The notes under the pieces: generated by a model
Databases searched by the model: none
What the model saw: only the letters and a program-made list of their open reading frames with translations
Told to the model about the DNA's origin: nothing
Shown: positions 11,751 through 23,808 of the stretch, piece after piece
Position numbering within the stretch: the first letter of the stretch is position 1
How the letters are laid out: each line of letters opens with the position of its first letter
From: Octopus bimaculoides
Lineage: Eukaryota
Assembly: GCF_001194135.2 (NCBI RefSeq)
Contig: NC_068992.1
Coordinates: 50,256,870 to 50,296,364 of the forward strand
Length of the DNA: 39,495 bases
Direction of reading: 5' to 3'
Program-made: the position numbers and the translations under genes

Positions 11751-12142
11751 TATATATATATATATATANNNNNNNNNNNNNNNNNNNNNNNNNNNNNNNN
11801 NNNNNNNNNNNNNNNNNNNNNNNNNNNNNNNNNNNNNNNNNNNNNNNNNNNNNNNNNNNNNNNNNNNNNNNNNNNNNNNNNNNNNNNNNNNNNNNNNNNN
11901 NNNNNNNNNNNNNNNNNNNNNNNNNNNNNNNNNNNNNNNNNNNNNNNNNNNNNNNNNNNNNNNNNNNNNNNNNNNNNNNNNNNNNNNNNNNNNNNNNNNN
12001 NNNNNNNNNNNNNNNNNNNNNNNNNNNNNNNNNNNNNNNNNNNNNNNNNNNNNNNNNNNNNNNNNNNNNNNNNNNNNNNNNNNNNNNNNNNNNNNNNNNN
12101 NNNNNNNNNNNNNNNNNNNNNNNNNNNNNNNNNNNNNNNNNN

Positions 12143-12178
<36 letters not shown>

Positions 12179-12714
12179 CACTCACACACGTGTGTGTGTG
12201 TGTGCATACAGTATACGATACTCCTCAGGAGGTGGAGAAATATAAGTACCAACGAAAAATAATGGAGAATTAAATAATAGACATTGCGTTTTTGATGAGG
12301 TTATAAGAGAATTTACAACGCCCATTCGTTATGGTAGATTATGAAATATCCCGATACATACATACATACATACATACATACATGCATATATGTGTGTGTA
12401 TATATACGTTGTATACTGTATCTATGTATCTATTTCTTTGTCTTTCTCTATATGTGTGTGTATTATATGTATAAATGTATACGTACACACAAACACACAT
12501 ATACACACATATGCATGTATGTATGTATGTATGTATGTGTGTGTGTGTGTATGTGTGTATGTATCATCTGACGGTCGGTGTGACATGAAACTCGAGTTGT
12601 AAGAAATTCGGTTTCTATACACACACACACACACACACACACACAATAAACATAAACATACACACACACACATACACACGCATACACACATGTATTATGT
12701 ATGCATATATATCA

Positions 12715-12930
12715 TTAGGTAGTGAGATGGGCGGAATCGTCACTGCGTCGGGGGAAAACGCTTCGCGGCATTTCATCCATCTCTACGATCAGAGTTCAAA
12801 TTCCGTCGAGATGAACTTTGTTTCATTCCTGCGAGTTCAATACAACAAGTACCAGCTGAGCACTGGGCTCGATGCAATCGACTTACGCCCGCCCCCGTAG
12901 TTGCTGGCCTTGTGCCAAAATTTTAAACCT
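12715..12930 (+). mobile_element. SINE family A (diverged)
   Basis: GCGGAATCGTCA...GAGTTCAAATTCCG...GTACCAG...GGCCTTGTGCCAAAATTTTAAACC. Confidence 0.82.
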
Positions 12931-13483
12931 ATATATATATTATATATATATTATATATATATTATATATATATTATATACATGTATTATACGCATGAGAG
13001 AGAAGAGAAGAAAGGAAGGGGATCAAACACCAAAAGGCAACAGCTGAGAAGTATTTACTATTATAAATCTATTTGACAAATTATCTATGTATAGTATGGC
13101 AATTATAGTTTTCAGAAATAATTTTGTGAAAGAATTGCTTCACAACACTAGCAACCCGAGAATTCTTCTTAATGAAAGCACATTCGGTTTAATGGAAAAC
13201 TATTGAATTTCTCATGAAAATTTATCTTTGCTGCAAGAAATGAAATTGTCTTTCACGACGTATACTGCAGTCTGATGTCTAATGCATTATGTTCGGGATA
13301 CCAACTTCAATATTAATAGTATTTTAGTGTGGTTAGTAGTCATATATCTTGGTTGGTAGCTCACAATATTAGATGGGCTGCATGTAAAGATAAGAATGGG
13401 TGCTACTTTAGCGTGATGTGTACCGCAGCATCAGTTGTCTACTCTGTGAAATGACCTCAGCTATGATAGGATTAGGGTTGGGG

Positions 13484-13522
<39 letters not shown>

Positions 13523-13589
13523 GTACGAGAAGTCAAAATTTATTCGCACTTTCGCCATAACATATCTTTATTATTGTCACACTGCCTTC

Positions 13590-13660
13590 TGCGCATGCGT
13601 GCTTATAGTTGGTACTATTGTGGTCACATGATCTAAGTCTGAACCTGATCGCGCCATTTT
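13590..13660. promoter_or_regulatory. Possible promoter motif cluster (NRF1-like, E-box, YY1-like)
   Basis: TGCGCATGCG 13590-13599, GTCACATGAT 13623-13632 and CGCCATTTT 13652-13660 in CpG-richer unique sequence; motif match only. Confidence 0.3.
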
Positions 13661-13668
13661 TCTTTCAG

Positions 13669-13724
13669 GCTTGGCCGCTTTACTAGCGATGTGCACCAAA
13701 GAAGAACCAAGAGCACGCTGAACG
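13669..13724 (+). CDS. Candidate exon (LGRFTSDVHQRRTKSTLN, phase 2 to 1)
   Basis: Strong acceptor TTTTTCTTTCAG, weak donor G|GTGGTT; phase-compatible with 7770-7801. Confidence 0.2.
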
Positions 13725-13767
13725 GTGGTTTATGAGGTTGTCGATTTCCTAACGATGACGATTACTC

Positions 13768-13946
13768 TTTTACTTGTTTCAGTCATTTGACTGTGGCCAT
13801 GCTGGAGCACCGCCTTTTTAGTCAAACTAGTCGACCCCAAGACTTATTCTTTGTAAGCCTAGTACTTATTCTATCGGTCTGTTTTGCCGAACCGCTAAGT
13901 TTCGGGGACGTAAACACACCAGCATCGGTTGTCAAGCGATGTTGGA
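13768..13946 (-). mobile_element. SINE family B, 3' part
   Basis: TTTTACTTGTTTCAGTCATTTGACTGTGGCCATGCTGGAGCACCGCC...GTAAACACACCAGCATCGGTTGTCAAGCG. Confidence 0.92.
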
Positions 13947-14228
13947 TACACACACACACACACACACACANNNNNNNNNNNNNNNNNNNNNNNNNNNNNN
14001 NNNNNNNNNNNNNNNNNNNNNNNNNNNNNNNNNNNNNNNNNNNNNNNNNNNNNNNNNNNNNNNNNNNNNNNNNNNNNNNNNNNNNNNNNNNNNNNNNNNN
14101 NNNNNNNNNNNNNNNNNNNNNNNNNNNNNNNNNNNNNNNNNNNNNNNNNNNNNNNNNNNNNNNNNNNNNNNNNNNNNNNNNNNNNNNNNNNNNNNNNNNN
14201 NNNNNNNNNNNNNNNNNNNNNNNNNNNN

Positions 14229-14288
<60 letters not shown>

Positions 14289-14634
14289 ATAGAGGGAGGA
14301 TTGGAGAGAAAGATGAGGGAGACTCAGATACAAGCTGCCACTCATGATTAGCAGAATCCAGGGATTTTACTAAACCATTCTTTTAGCAGAGCTCTAAGCG
14401 TGTTTAAAATCTTGTTTCATGTTATATCAGATTAATTCTTACTTCGGAATACTGAAACACACAACAGGATTTCAGTATCACATAATCTCCAAACAATATG
14501 GTTTATGTCTTATGTATTATATTGTCAGTGTTAATACAGTACAAGCAACGAACCTCAGAACGGTCACACGGTGCGTTACATTGTTGTTGTTGTTGTTCTG
14601 TGTCAGGTGAGCCGTGATTGGACAGACCTATGAT

Positions 14635-14787
14635 CAGGACGGTCTGAACCGATTTCAAGGCCCCTGGGAAAATCACTGCATTGGGCTTTATTATATTTAT
14701 TTATTGACAGCAAACCATAACGTTCATAGATCATATTTGGGTGCCCAGACACATGAGGCCCCTGTGCCCATGTCTTAAGACGGCATG
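14635..14787. mobile_element. Short hAT-like MITE remnant
   Basis: Imperfect termini CAGGACGGTCTGAA and TTAAGACGGCATG with internal GGCCCC(T)G motifs. Confidence 0.45.
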
Positions 14788-14842
14788 GCTTATGATCGAA
14801 GACGTTCCATCGCAGCCTTCTTCGTCTTCTTCTCGGTATCAA

Positions 14843-14995
14843 GTACCTAGCGGTTCGGCCAGATAGACCTATAAAGTAAGTACTAGGCTTAATAAAATTA
14901 AGTCCTGGGATCGATTCATTCAACTAAAAATTCTTCAAGGCTGTGCCCCAGCATGGCCGCAGTATAATGACTGAAACAAGTAAAAGATAAAAGAC
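14843..14995 (+). mobile_element. SINE family B, 3' part
   Basis: TAGCGGTTCGGC...AAGTACTAGGCTT...CAGCATGGCCGCAG...GACTGAAACAAGTAAAAGATAAAAGA. Confidence 0.88.
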
Positions 14996-15332
14996 GACGG
15001 TTGTCTAAGGAATAAAATGTATCTTAAGACAGTTAGAAGAACACAACAGTTGAACAAGGGAAAAAGAGAGAGAATAGAAGACATAGATACAGAGAAGAGT
15101 AACTGAAGGATATATGAGAAGAGGTGTAGAAACAGAGGGAGAAGGAATTTGGAGATAGGACTATAGAAAGAGACACAGTAAGAAAAAGAAAGAAAGAAGT
15201 GGCAGCGAGAAATATTTCAGTTTAATAGTATTTTAATTTGCTGTAAGTGATATAACGTAGAGAATATATTTGCGAGGAGAATGCGAAGAAGAAAGTATAA
15301 GACGTGATTTAAAACAGATAAGAGAGGGAGTG

Positions 15333-15363
<31 letters not shown>

Positions 15364-15769
15364 GGGAGAGGGAGAAGGAAAGAGTGTTAATAAAGGGTGT
15401 GAAAGACTTTAGAAAGATACTGTATTCTTCAGTTTTATTGCATGAATTTACAGAAAACAAAAAAATAATGATGGTTTTTTTAAGTCATGAAATTGAAATG
15501 AAGAATAAGTTTCTCACGACATAGAAGTCTGAAAATAACTATTCGAGGTTAGAGATATACCTGCCTTAAGTAAGAAAACATGTTACATATTCAAATACAA
15601 TTACCTAAAAAAAATCTTGTTATAAGGTAAAAGTTTAAGTTTAACAACAACGAAAAAATTTTAAAAAATGGAAAAAAGAAAACACTTTTTGTACATATTC
15701 GGCTTCCAGGAAACGCCGAGAAGCAGAGGGCTTGGTGTAAATATTGAGTAATTTTAATTTGTTCTACTA

Positions 15770-15963
15770 TTGGCACATGAATTGGAATTTTGAGGGAGGG
15801 GACTAATCGTTAACATTGACCCCTGTAGTTAACTGGTACTTATTTCATCGACCCCGAAAGAATGAAAGCAAAGTCAACCTCGGTGGAATTTGAACTCAGA
15901 ACGCAAAGTCAGACGAATTGCTACGAAGCAGTATTTCCGGATGCTAATAAATCTGCCACCGCC
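15770..15963 (-). mobile_element. SINE family A
   Basis: ACTGGTACTTATTTCATCGACCCCGAAAG...GGAATTTGAACTCAGAAC...TCTGCCACCGCC. Confidence 0.85.
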
Positions 15964-16014
15964 TTTGTTTTTTAGTAATTTCAATTATAAACTTAAAAAC
16001 AGAATTTACACACG

Positions 16015-16054
<40 letters not shown>

Positions 16055-16284
16055 TAGTTTCTAAGAAAAATAACAAAAGGGGAAAAAAAAACCAGTATCA
16101 GCTTTTCAAACATTTCTACCTGAACCAATTTCATAAAGTTATGTGTTGCTACAGATCGCAGATAATTAATTATTCCATCATTAACAACATAATATCTAGT
16201 TACAATATTCATTAGCCGTTCATTCAATACATAGTAATGTCTTTTTTACTTGGTGGAGGCTTCAGTACCGCCAACCAGCTGCTC

Positions 16285-16570
16285 GATAAATACCACATTC
16301 CACTATGATCGTATTTAATTTTCTTAACGAGTCTACGTCACACAGGATGAGTAATGGTAACACGTTTGCTAAATGCGTTGTGCCAACCTTCAGCGCTATT
16401 ACTGGTATGTGACAAGAGATTTTTCTATACGTTCATAAACATTCCAACATCTTATTGGGAAATCTTGGATGTCGACGTCTTCCACATCGTACAGACCCAA
16501 TACACTTGGTTTCAAAGTAATCTATGAAAAACTGGTGCTCTTCGCCGTCGTTTAATTTTGGTACAACAGC
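16285..16570 (-). mobile_element. Mutator-like (MULE) transposase C-terminal fragment, decayed
   Basis: Minus strand with one frameshift: FIDYFETKCIG (DYFE 16508-16522), GRRRHPRFP, WNVYER (16429-16446) and NSAEGWHNAF (16371-16400), matching the MULE pattern DYFE.TYIG...RR.P.FP...WN....RTNN..EGWH. Confidence 0.85.
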
Positions 16571-16624
16571 AAATTGCCAGAGCTTCAAAATATATTACCG
16601 CAAAAACATGTTCCGGATTTTTCT

Positions 16625-16836
16625 ATTACAGGCACAAGGTCTGAGATTTTGTGGAGGGGAGTCAAGTCAATTTAAGTCGACACAAATATTTGACTGGTAC
16701 TTTATTTTAACCACCCCGAAATGATGAAAGGTAAAACCGACATCAGTGGTATCAGAACTTAGAACATAAAGAACCGGAAGAAATGCTGCTAAGTATTTTG
16801 TCCGACGCACAGGCGATTCTATTAAATCACTGCCTT
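16625..16836 (-). mobile_element. SINE family A (diverged)
   Basis: GACTGGTACTTTATTTTAACCACCCCGAAATGATGAAAGG...AAATGCTGCTAAGTATTTTGTCCGACG. Confidence 0.75.
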
Positions 16837-17360
16837 TCAACTCTGAAGTAATAAATAACATTGGAAATTTACAAGATTGATTCAAAAGTTTGAGAAAAAA
16901 AAAGACAAGAAAAAACAAACAAAAACAAGGACAAAACAAAATTGCACAAAAATACAACAAAACAAAACCGAAAATGTATTACATACATGTTGCGTTTTTG
17001 AGATCAGTGGTTACAGTTTCATGTGAGAGCCCATGTTTCTACATCATCAGATTTATCACGAAAAATATCAGTATTTAAACACCCACCCCACACGTAGGTG
17101 CTGTAATAATCTCACACTCCAAGGCGGTGCTCTTGCATGGTCGCAGTAAACTGACTGAAACCCAAAAAAGAGAGAATGTGTACAAGAATTTCCATACATG
17201 CATCTTGGTAATCAGTGAAAGAAACACGAAACATCATCTTCTATGATTCTCGAGTGATTTTTTTTTATAACACTACGAAAATACTTACATGGATAAATAG
17301 ATAAACTAAACATTCGTCACGAAATCACGGTTTCATCGTCTCACTCACTCACTCACCAAT

Positions 17361-17392
<32 letters not shown>

Positions 17393-18387
17393 TTATGAAG
17401 ACACCTCCCCACACACTCACACCATTGCCGCCCCAACCACCACCACTACACAATTTTGTAAATTTACTTCCTTAAATATTCATCGCCAGTCATTTACTGA
17501 TACCTGCTCATAGCGTGTGTGTATATTATATANNNNNNNNNNNNNNNNNNNNNNNNNNNNNNNNNNNNNNNNNNNNNNNNNNNNNNNNNNNNNNNNNNNN
17601 NNNNNNNNNNNNNNNNNNNNNNNNNNNNNNNNNNNNNNNNNNNNNNNNNNNNNNNNNNNNNNNNNNNNNNNNNNNNNNNNNNNNNNNNNNNNNNNNNNNN
17701 NNNNNNNNNNNNNNNNNNNNNNNNNNNNNNNNNNNNNNNNNNNNNNNNNNNNNNNNNNNNNNNNNNNNNNNNNNNNNNNNNNNNNNNNNNNNNNNNNNNN
17801 NNNNNNNNNNNNNNNNNNNNNNNNNNNNNNNNNNNNNNNTATATATATATATATATATATGTATATGTATGTATGTATAGACGATTCTGTCTATCCAATA
17901 TATGGAGGATATGCTATTAGAATGACATAATGCTGCCCTGAGAAAACATTTTTTTAGCACTATACATCTATACGAGGACGAATACCGCTGTATTGTAGCA
18001 TTTTTACTGGATATCCACATTGTGTTGCATAAACAGGTTGCTCTTCGGTACTAATACTGCTTCTATAACTTCTAGTAACTTATTTTTACCTAGCCCACCA
18101 GTTATTTGCGATACTAGAAACAGATTAGTCACTCTCTTTCTGTTATATTATCAGTAGAAGTGAAGTTTGATGAGAGGTGATACCTAGCTTTGAAGAAGCG
18201 CAAATATGCAGAAGTCACGTGATCTGTCAGTTCCACGACCGGTGATGGATGATACTTCTGTGCGTTTCAGCACTATACGTCTGTACGAGATGCCTCCTCA
18301 GGACAAATACAACAGTAGTGTGTTCACGTTAAGTAGGATATACCATTTGATATTCGGTACTAGTATTCCTTCTGTCGCAAATAACTA

Positions 18388-18446
<59 letters not shown>

Positions 18447-18608
18447 TAAATGTATATAGATTGTATATATGTATATATATATATATATATGCTTGTTTTT
18501 ATGTTGTTATGATTTCTTAAGAATTTTCCATTAATCTGATACGTTGTTCTATACTTTTCCTGAGTACAGATTTATTACTCTTATGCAAGAGTTGACAGTG
18601 ACTTCGAA

Positions 18609-18650
18609 AGTCCGACGATGGCTTAGCTGGCCGAAACTTCGAAGTCACTG
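18609..18650 (+). ncRNA. Hammerhead ribozyme-like motif (type I, U4C variant)
   Basis: AGT-CCGACGA-T-GGC(TTAGCTG)GCC-GAAAC-TTCGAA-GTC-ACT: 3-bp stem I, stem II, palindromic stem III and GUC triplet; the core is CCGA rather than CUGA. Confidence 0.55.
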
Positions 18651-18769
18651 ACAGTAACATCTTTGTATAGGAACAATACATACATACATACATACATACA
18701 TTCTTACATACATACATACACACACACCCACACACCCTCACACACACATACTTACATATATATATAAAT

Positions 18770-18990
18770 ACCAGGCGGCGCGTTGTATTCTTGAGAAAAA
18801 CACTTCATGTGACATGGCCCTGCGATCAGTTTGACACTTGATGTGTGGCACACGGTACACCGTGCATCTGTTCAGGCAACGTCAGTTTGACGGAGGACGG
18901 AGAACAACCATGTGATTGCTACAAACGTATCATATGTGCAGGTGTGCAGGTTGTTTAGCAAGAAATTGCAGAACCGTCTTTCTTGGACTT
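18770..18990 (+). mobile_element. tRNA-derived SINE fragment, family D
   Basis: GGCGCGTTGTATTCTTGAGAAAAACACTT resembles the TTGTGTCCTTGAGCAAAGCACTT segment at ~30042 and its reverse complement at ~28560. Confidence 0.6.
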
Positions 18991-19407
18991 TCTTGGACTC
19001 GAGGGACTAATATTATATATATATATATATATATAAATTATTAGTTCTAAATCTCTGAACGAGAAACATGCAGCAACTGTACTTTAGAACAAAAGTTTAT
19101 TTGCCAACGTGAAGTGGCACTCCTGATTAGGACCAATGTTGCTGTTATTTAGCCCCAGGAAAACATCGTCTCCAGCTGGCTATCGTCTCTCTCTNNNNNN
19201 NNNNATATATATATATATATATACATCTTATTTGGTAGAACGTACTACGTAACTCAAGGACCAAGGTTTCGCGTATGTTACTTACCATTGCACATATACA
19301 TACATATATACATACTCACAAACACACTGATATGCATGCATACATACATATACATACACACACACACACACTANNNNNNNNNNATATACATACACACACA
19401 CACACAC

Positions 19408-19443
<36 letters not shown>

Positions 19444-19761
19444 CACGCATAGATATATATGTAGATGTGCATATGTATATGTATACGTGTACCCGCCTAG
19501 GTATATACATGCGCATGTGTCTGTGTAAGAACACAGGGTTTTTTTTGTGTTGATGTGTTCTTAATTCTCCTTCACCATGATATTTCTGTATTTCTTTCGC
19601 ATAGACTTTTGTTATAGCGGCTCTAATTAATTCTTAATGAGTTATAGAGCACTCTCGGTGGAATAAAAATACCTCATTTAGACGAATTGGGACGTACCTT
19701 GTGAAATGTCTGTCTTCTTTTCTCATACAAACGTATACATAAGAGTATGTCTGTGCACGTG

Positions 19762-19806
<45 letters not shown>

Positions 19807-20689
19807 ATTTCTCATCAAGCTATTCTAAAACTGATATCTTTATTTTCTGGAAGCTCTTAGAATGTAACACAAATAGATCAGATGTCACAAAGCATTCTTG
19901 TCACTAAACGCTAAACATATTTTTGGCCTTAGCTGTTTCTCCNNNNNNNNNNNNNNNNNNNNNNNNNNNNNNNNNNNNNNNNNNNNNNNNNNNNNNNNNN
20001 NNNNNNNNNNNNNNNNNNNNNNNNNNNNNNNNNNNNNNNNNNNNNNNNNNNNNNNNNNNNNNNNNNNNNNNNNNNNNNNNNNNNNNNNNNNNNNNNNNNN
20101 NNNNNNNNNNNNNNNNNNNNNNNNNNNNNNNNNNNNNNNNNNNNNNNNNNNNNNNNNNNNNNNNNNNNNNNNNNNNNNNNNNNNNNNNNNNNNNNNNNNN
20201 NNNNNNNNNNNNNNNNNNNNNNNNNNNNNNNNNNNNNNNNNNNNNNNNNNNNNNNNNNNNNNNNNNNNNNNNNNNNNNNNNNNNNNNNNNNNNNNNNNNN
20301 NNNNNNNNNNNNNNNNNNNNNNNNNNNNNNNNNNNNNNNNNNNNNNNNNNNNNNNNNNNNNNNNNNNNNNNNNNNNNNNNNNNNNNNNNNNNNNNNNNNN
20401 NNNNNNNNNNNNNNNNNNNNNNNNNNNNNNNNNNNNNNNNNNNNNNNNNNNNNNNNNNNNNNNNNNNNNNNNNNNNNNNNNNNNNNNNNNNNNNNNNNNN
20501 NNNNNNNNNNNNNNNNNNNNNNNNNNNNNNNNNNNNNNNNNNNNNNNNNNNNNNNNNNNNNNNNNNNNNNNNNNNNNNNNNNNNNNNNNNNNNNNNNNNN
20601 NNNNNNNNNNNNNNNNNNNNNNNNNNNNNNNNNNNNNNNNNNNNNNNNNNNNNNNNNNNNNNNNNNNNNNNNNNNNNNNNNNNNNNNNN

Positions 20690-21003
20690 AGACCGGGCGT
20701 TGTGAGTGTTTATTGAGCGAAAACACCTAAAGCTCCACGAGGCTCCGCCAGGGGATGGTGGCGAACCCTGCTGTACTCTTTCACCATAACTCTCTCTCAC
20801 TCTTACTTCCTGTTTCTGTTGTGCCTGTAATTCGAAGGGTCAGCCTTGTCACACTGTGTCACGCTGAATATCCCCGAGAAGTACGTTAAGGGTACACGTG
20901 TCTGTGGAGTGCTCAGCCACTTGCACGTTAATTTCACGAGCAGGCTGTTCCGTTGATCGGATCAACTGGAACCCTCGACGTCGTAAGCGACGGAGTGCCA
21001 GCA
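20690..21003 (+). mobile_element. SINE family C (5' end in gap)
   Basis: Near-identical to 27897-28185; ends GGATCAACTGGAACCCTCGACGTCGTAAGCGACGGAGTGCCA. Confidence 0.92.
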
Positions 21004-21058
21004 TGACAGGCCTAGAAATTCAGGAACTTCTTGACCGAGGGGGCCACAGGTCTACTCC

Positions 21059-21478
21059 AGAGATGGATTAAGATCCATAGAGGCCCTAAGCACTTAAAAG
21101 TTTTTGGTGCCCCCGTATATATGTAATTCAAAATATAAACAATAATAAATCATAAAGTAAAATTTTATTTTTCAAAATGAAACAAAACTAACAGTAATAT
21201 GGAAAATAATGTTTATTTTTCTATATTTCCACTTTATTTATATTTGAAAAATTTCCTACTTTTTTAAAATTGCCATTTCTTTGGCCAGACTCTCAAAATT
21301 AATCTTACGTAACACATCTGCTTCTCTATTTAGAAGAGATAAAGCATTCCGGATGTTATCTTAGCAAGTCTAGAGTGATTTCTTTTATGCGGTAAACCAA
21401 TTATTATCTCTGTTGTTCCCCCCTTGCTTTGATGCCCTAAGCACATGCTTATTTTATTCAATGGTTTATCCAGGGCTG
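21059..21478. mobile_element. hAT-like MITE remnant
   Basis: Termini CAGAGATGGATTAA and TTTATCCAGGGCTG, subterminal GCCCTAAGCAC at both ends, AT-rich core. Confidence 0.5.
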
Positions 21479-21592
21479 TTGAGTATTACCTTTTTTGTGC
21501 TGATCTGCGACGGTTTAAACGAAACATTAACGCAATCAGTCTTTTTAGTCTTGGATACCTGTAAGGGTAATAAACTATGCTTCTTTCTCCAG

Positions 21593-21658
21593 ACTCGCTG
21601 CTAGGAATAAAGTCTCTAAATTCAATAGAGAAATTCGAAGGGTTACTTCGGACCAATG
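21593..21658 (+). CDS. Candidate 66-nt symmetric exon
   Basis: Acceptor TGCTTCTTTCTCCAG, donor ATG|GTAGAC; two frames open (SLLGIKSLNSIEKFEGLLRTN or LAARNKVSKFNREIRRVTSDQ). Confidence 0.25.
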
Positions 21659-21674
21659 GTAGACCGGCTATCAT

Positions 21675-21897
21675 ATTAGTTTCAAAGTTTAGCACAAGAC
21701 CAAGACCAGCAATTTCGTGGGAGAGGTAAATCGATTACATCGACCACAGTGTTCAACTGGTACTTACTTAATCGATCCCGAAAAGATGAAAGGCTAAGTC
21801 AACCGCAGTGGAATTTGAATACAGAACGTAAAGACGGACGAAATGCCGCTGAGCATTTTCTCCGGGGTGCTAACGATTCTGCCAATTCGCCGCCTTA
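21675..21897 (-). mobile_element. SINE family A, full length
   Basis: Ends GCTAACGATTCTGCCAATTCGCCGCCTT, the reverse complement of the family A head. Confidence 0.92.
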
Positions 21898-22507
21898 GAC
21901 CGCCTATCATATTCATAGATGTGGGTTCAAGTTGCACGGGCAGCCTTAAACATTTTCTATCCGATCAGTTTTTAACTCAATATTTACATATTATTTATAG
22001 CTTTATCTGCTTCGAGATCCATCATTCCCCCCCGCCTACGCCAAATTTTTTATATATATATATGTGTCTGCGCCCTCTCCTATATATAACTACCAGTCTA
22101 ATTCTAGGGTCAATTTAGAATTCCTATAAACCATCCTAAATACGAACAGAATTACTTAACAATAAGCCAATAACCTATTTGACAATGTGGTAAAACTTGT
22201 AATACGTATCGTACCCTAGTTCACAAATTTGTAGCTGTTTACGACATCCATAATAGCGTAACGTTTTCCTTCCTTGCTGGATCGCGGCCATACCTAGACA
22301 TCAACATGAAGTATACAGATACAAATTAGCAACTTCATTTTTATTAAACCCACTAATGAAGACGGCTAGTCTGAGATAATAAAGACATAATAATTATCAC
22401 AGAAACAATCCTCAAGTCTTCGTTTCTTCTTAGTTTCTCTCCAATTATATTAATTACAGAATGTTCTCGCATTAAGTAGGCATTTTAGTCAAAAAACAAC
22501 CTACTAC

Positions 22508-22556
<49 letters not shown>

Positions 22557-22620
22557 ATATCTATATACATACACACACACACACGCACATATATATATAT
22601 ACATATATACATACATACAT

Positions 22621-22833
22621 ATCCCCGAGAACTACGTTAAGGTTAACACATTGTCAAATAGGTTATCGGCTTATTGTTAACACATACATACATACATACA
22701 TATATATACATATATATTCATACATATATATATACATATATACATACATACATATCCCCGAGAACTACGTTAAGGTTAACACATTGTCAAATAGGTTATC
22801 GGCTTATTGTTAACACATACATACATACATACA
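22621..22833 (+). repeat. 133-bp-period tandem duplication
   Basis: ATCCCCGAGAACTACGTTAAGGTTAACACATTGTCAAATAGGTTATCGGCTTATTGTTAACAC is identical at 22621 and 22754; abuts an N gap. Confidence 0.9.
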
Positions 22834-23069
22834 TNNNNNNNNNNNNNNNNNNNNNNNNNNNNNNNNNNNNNNNNTATATATATATATATATTTATATATG
22901 TATGTATGCATATGTATTATATATTGCAAATTGTCTATGTAACAGCCATATTATAACGATGTCAGCGTTTATCTTAACGTACATAATTCTATTATACAAT
23001 ATTCTTCCTCTTCAACATAAGAACTACGGGTGGTAAAAAAATACACACCCAATCAAGCAGCTACAACCG

Positions 23070-23305
23070 ATAGATGACAGTGATGATGCTGATGATGACG
23101 ACGTCGACGACAATGATGACGATGATGATGATGATGATGATGATGATAATGGTAGTAATGGTGATGGTAGCGGTGATGATGATGATGATGATGGCGATGA
23201 TAATGATTATGATGGTGGTGATGACGACGACGATGAAGCGGAAGAGGTAGAGGAAGTTGGCGATGATAATAATTGTGGTGGTGTTGGTTTTGGTGATGGT
23301 GATGG

Positions 23306-23337
<32 letters not shown>

Positions 23338-23505
23338 CAGAGGAAGATGAGGAGAATGATGATGATGGTTATGATGATGATGGTTGTGATGATGATGCTA
23401 ATGATGACGACGATGATGATGGTTGTGATAGGTGGTATCCATCTACATGCACCGCCCCCCACCATCACCACCACCACCACCACCACCACCACCACCACCA
23501 CCACC
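23070..23505. repeat. Degenerate (GAT/GGT)n followed by (CAC)n trinucleotide repeat
   Basis: Direct reading. Confidence 0.92.
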
Positions 23506-23808
23506 NNNNNNNNNNNNNNNNNNNNNNNNNNNNNNNNNNNNNNNNNNNNNNNNNNNNNNNNNNNNNNNNNNNNNNNNNNNNNNNNNNNNNNNNNNNNNNN
23601 NNNNNNNNNNNNNNNNNNNNNNNNNNNNNNNNNNNNNNNNNNNNNNNNNNNNNNNNCCAGTTCTAGTTACTGCTTGGAATCGAACTTGGAATCTTGGGCA
23701 TATGGCGTAGTGGTTAAGAACAACAACAACAACAGCAACAACAACAATAATAACAACAACATCGAAAAATACCTTAGGAATGAGAACCCAGGTTCAACAT
23801 TTCCCCAA

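Noticed and set aside
14529-14606. Exon candidate with CAG|GTGAGC donor and signal-peptide-like TRCVTLLLLLFCV
   Set aside because: The hydrophobic run is a (TTG)n microsatellite and the donor sits at the edge of repeat-derived sequence.
23070-23460. Asp-rich or poly-Met/poly-Ile protein
   Set aside because: A trinucleotide repeat stays in frame by slippage; no splice or start signals.
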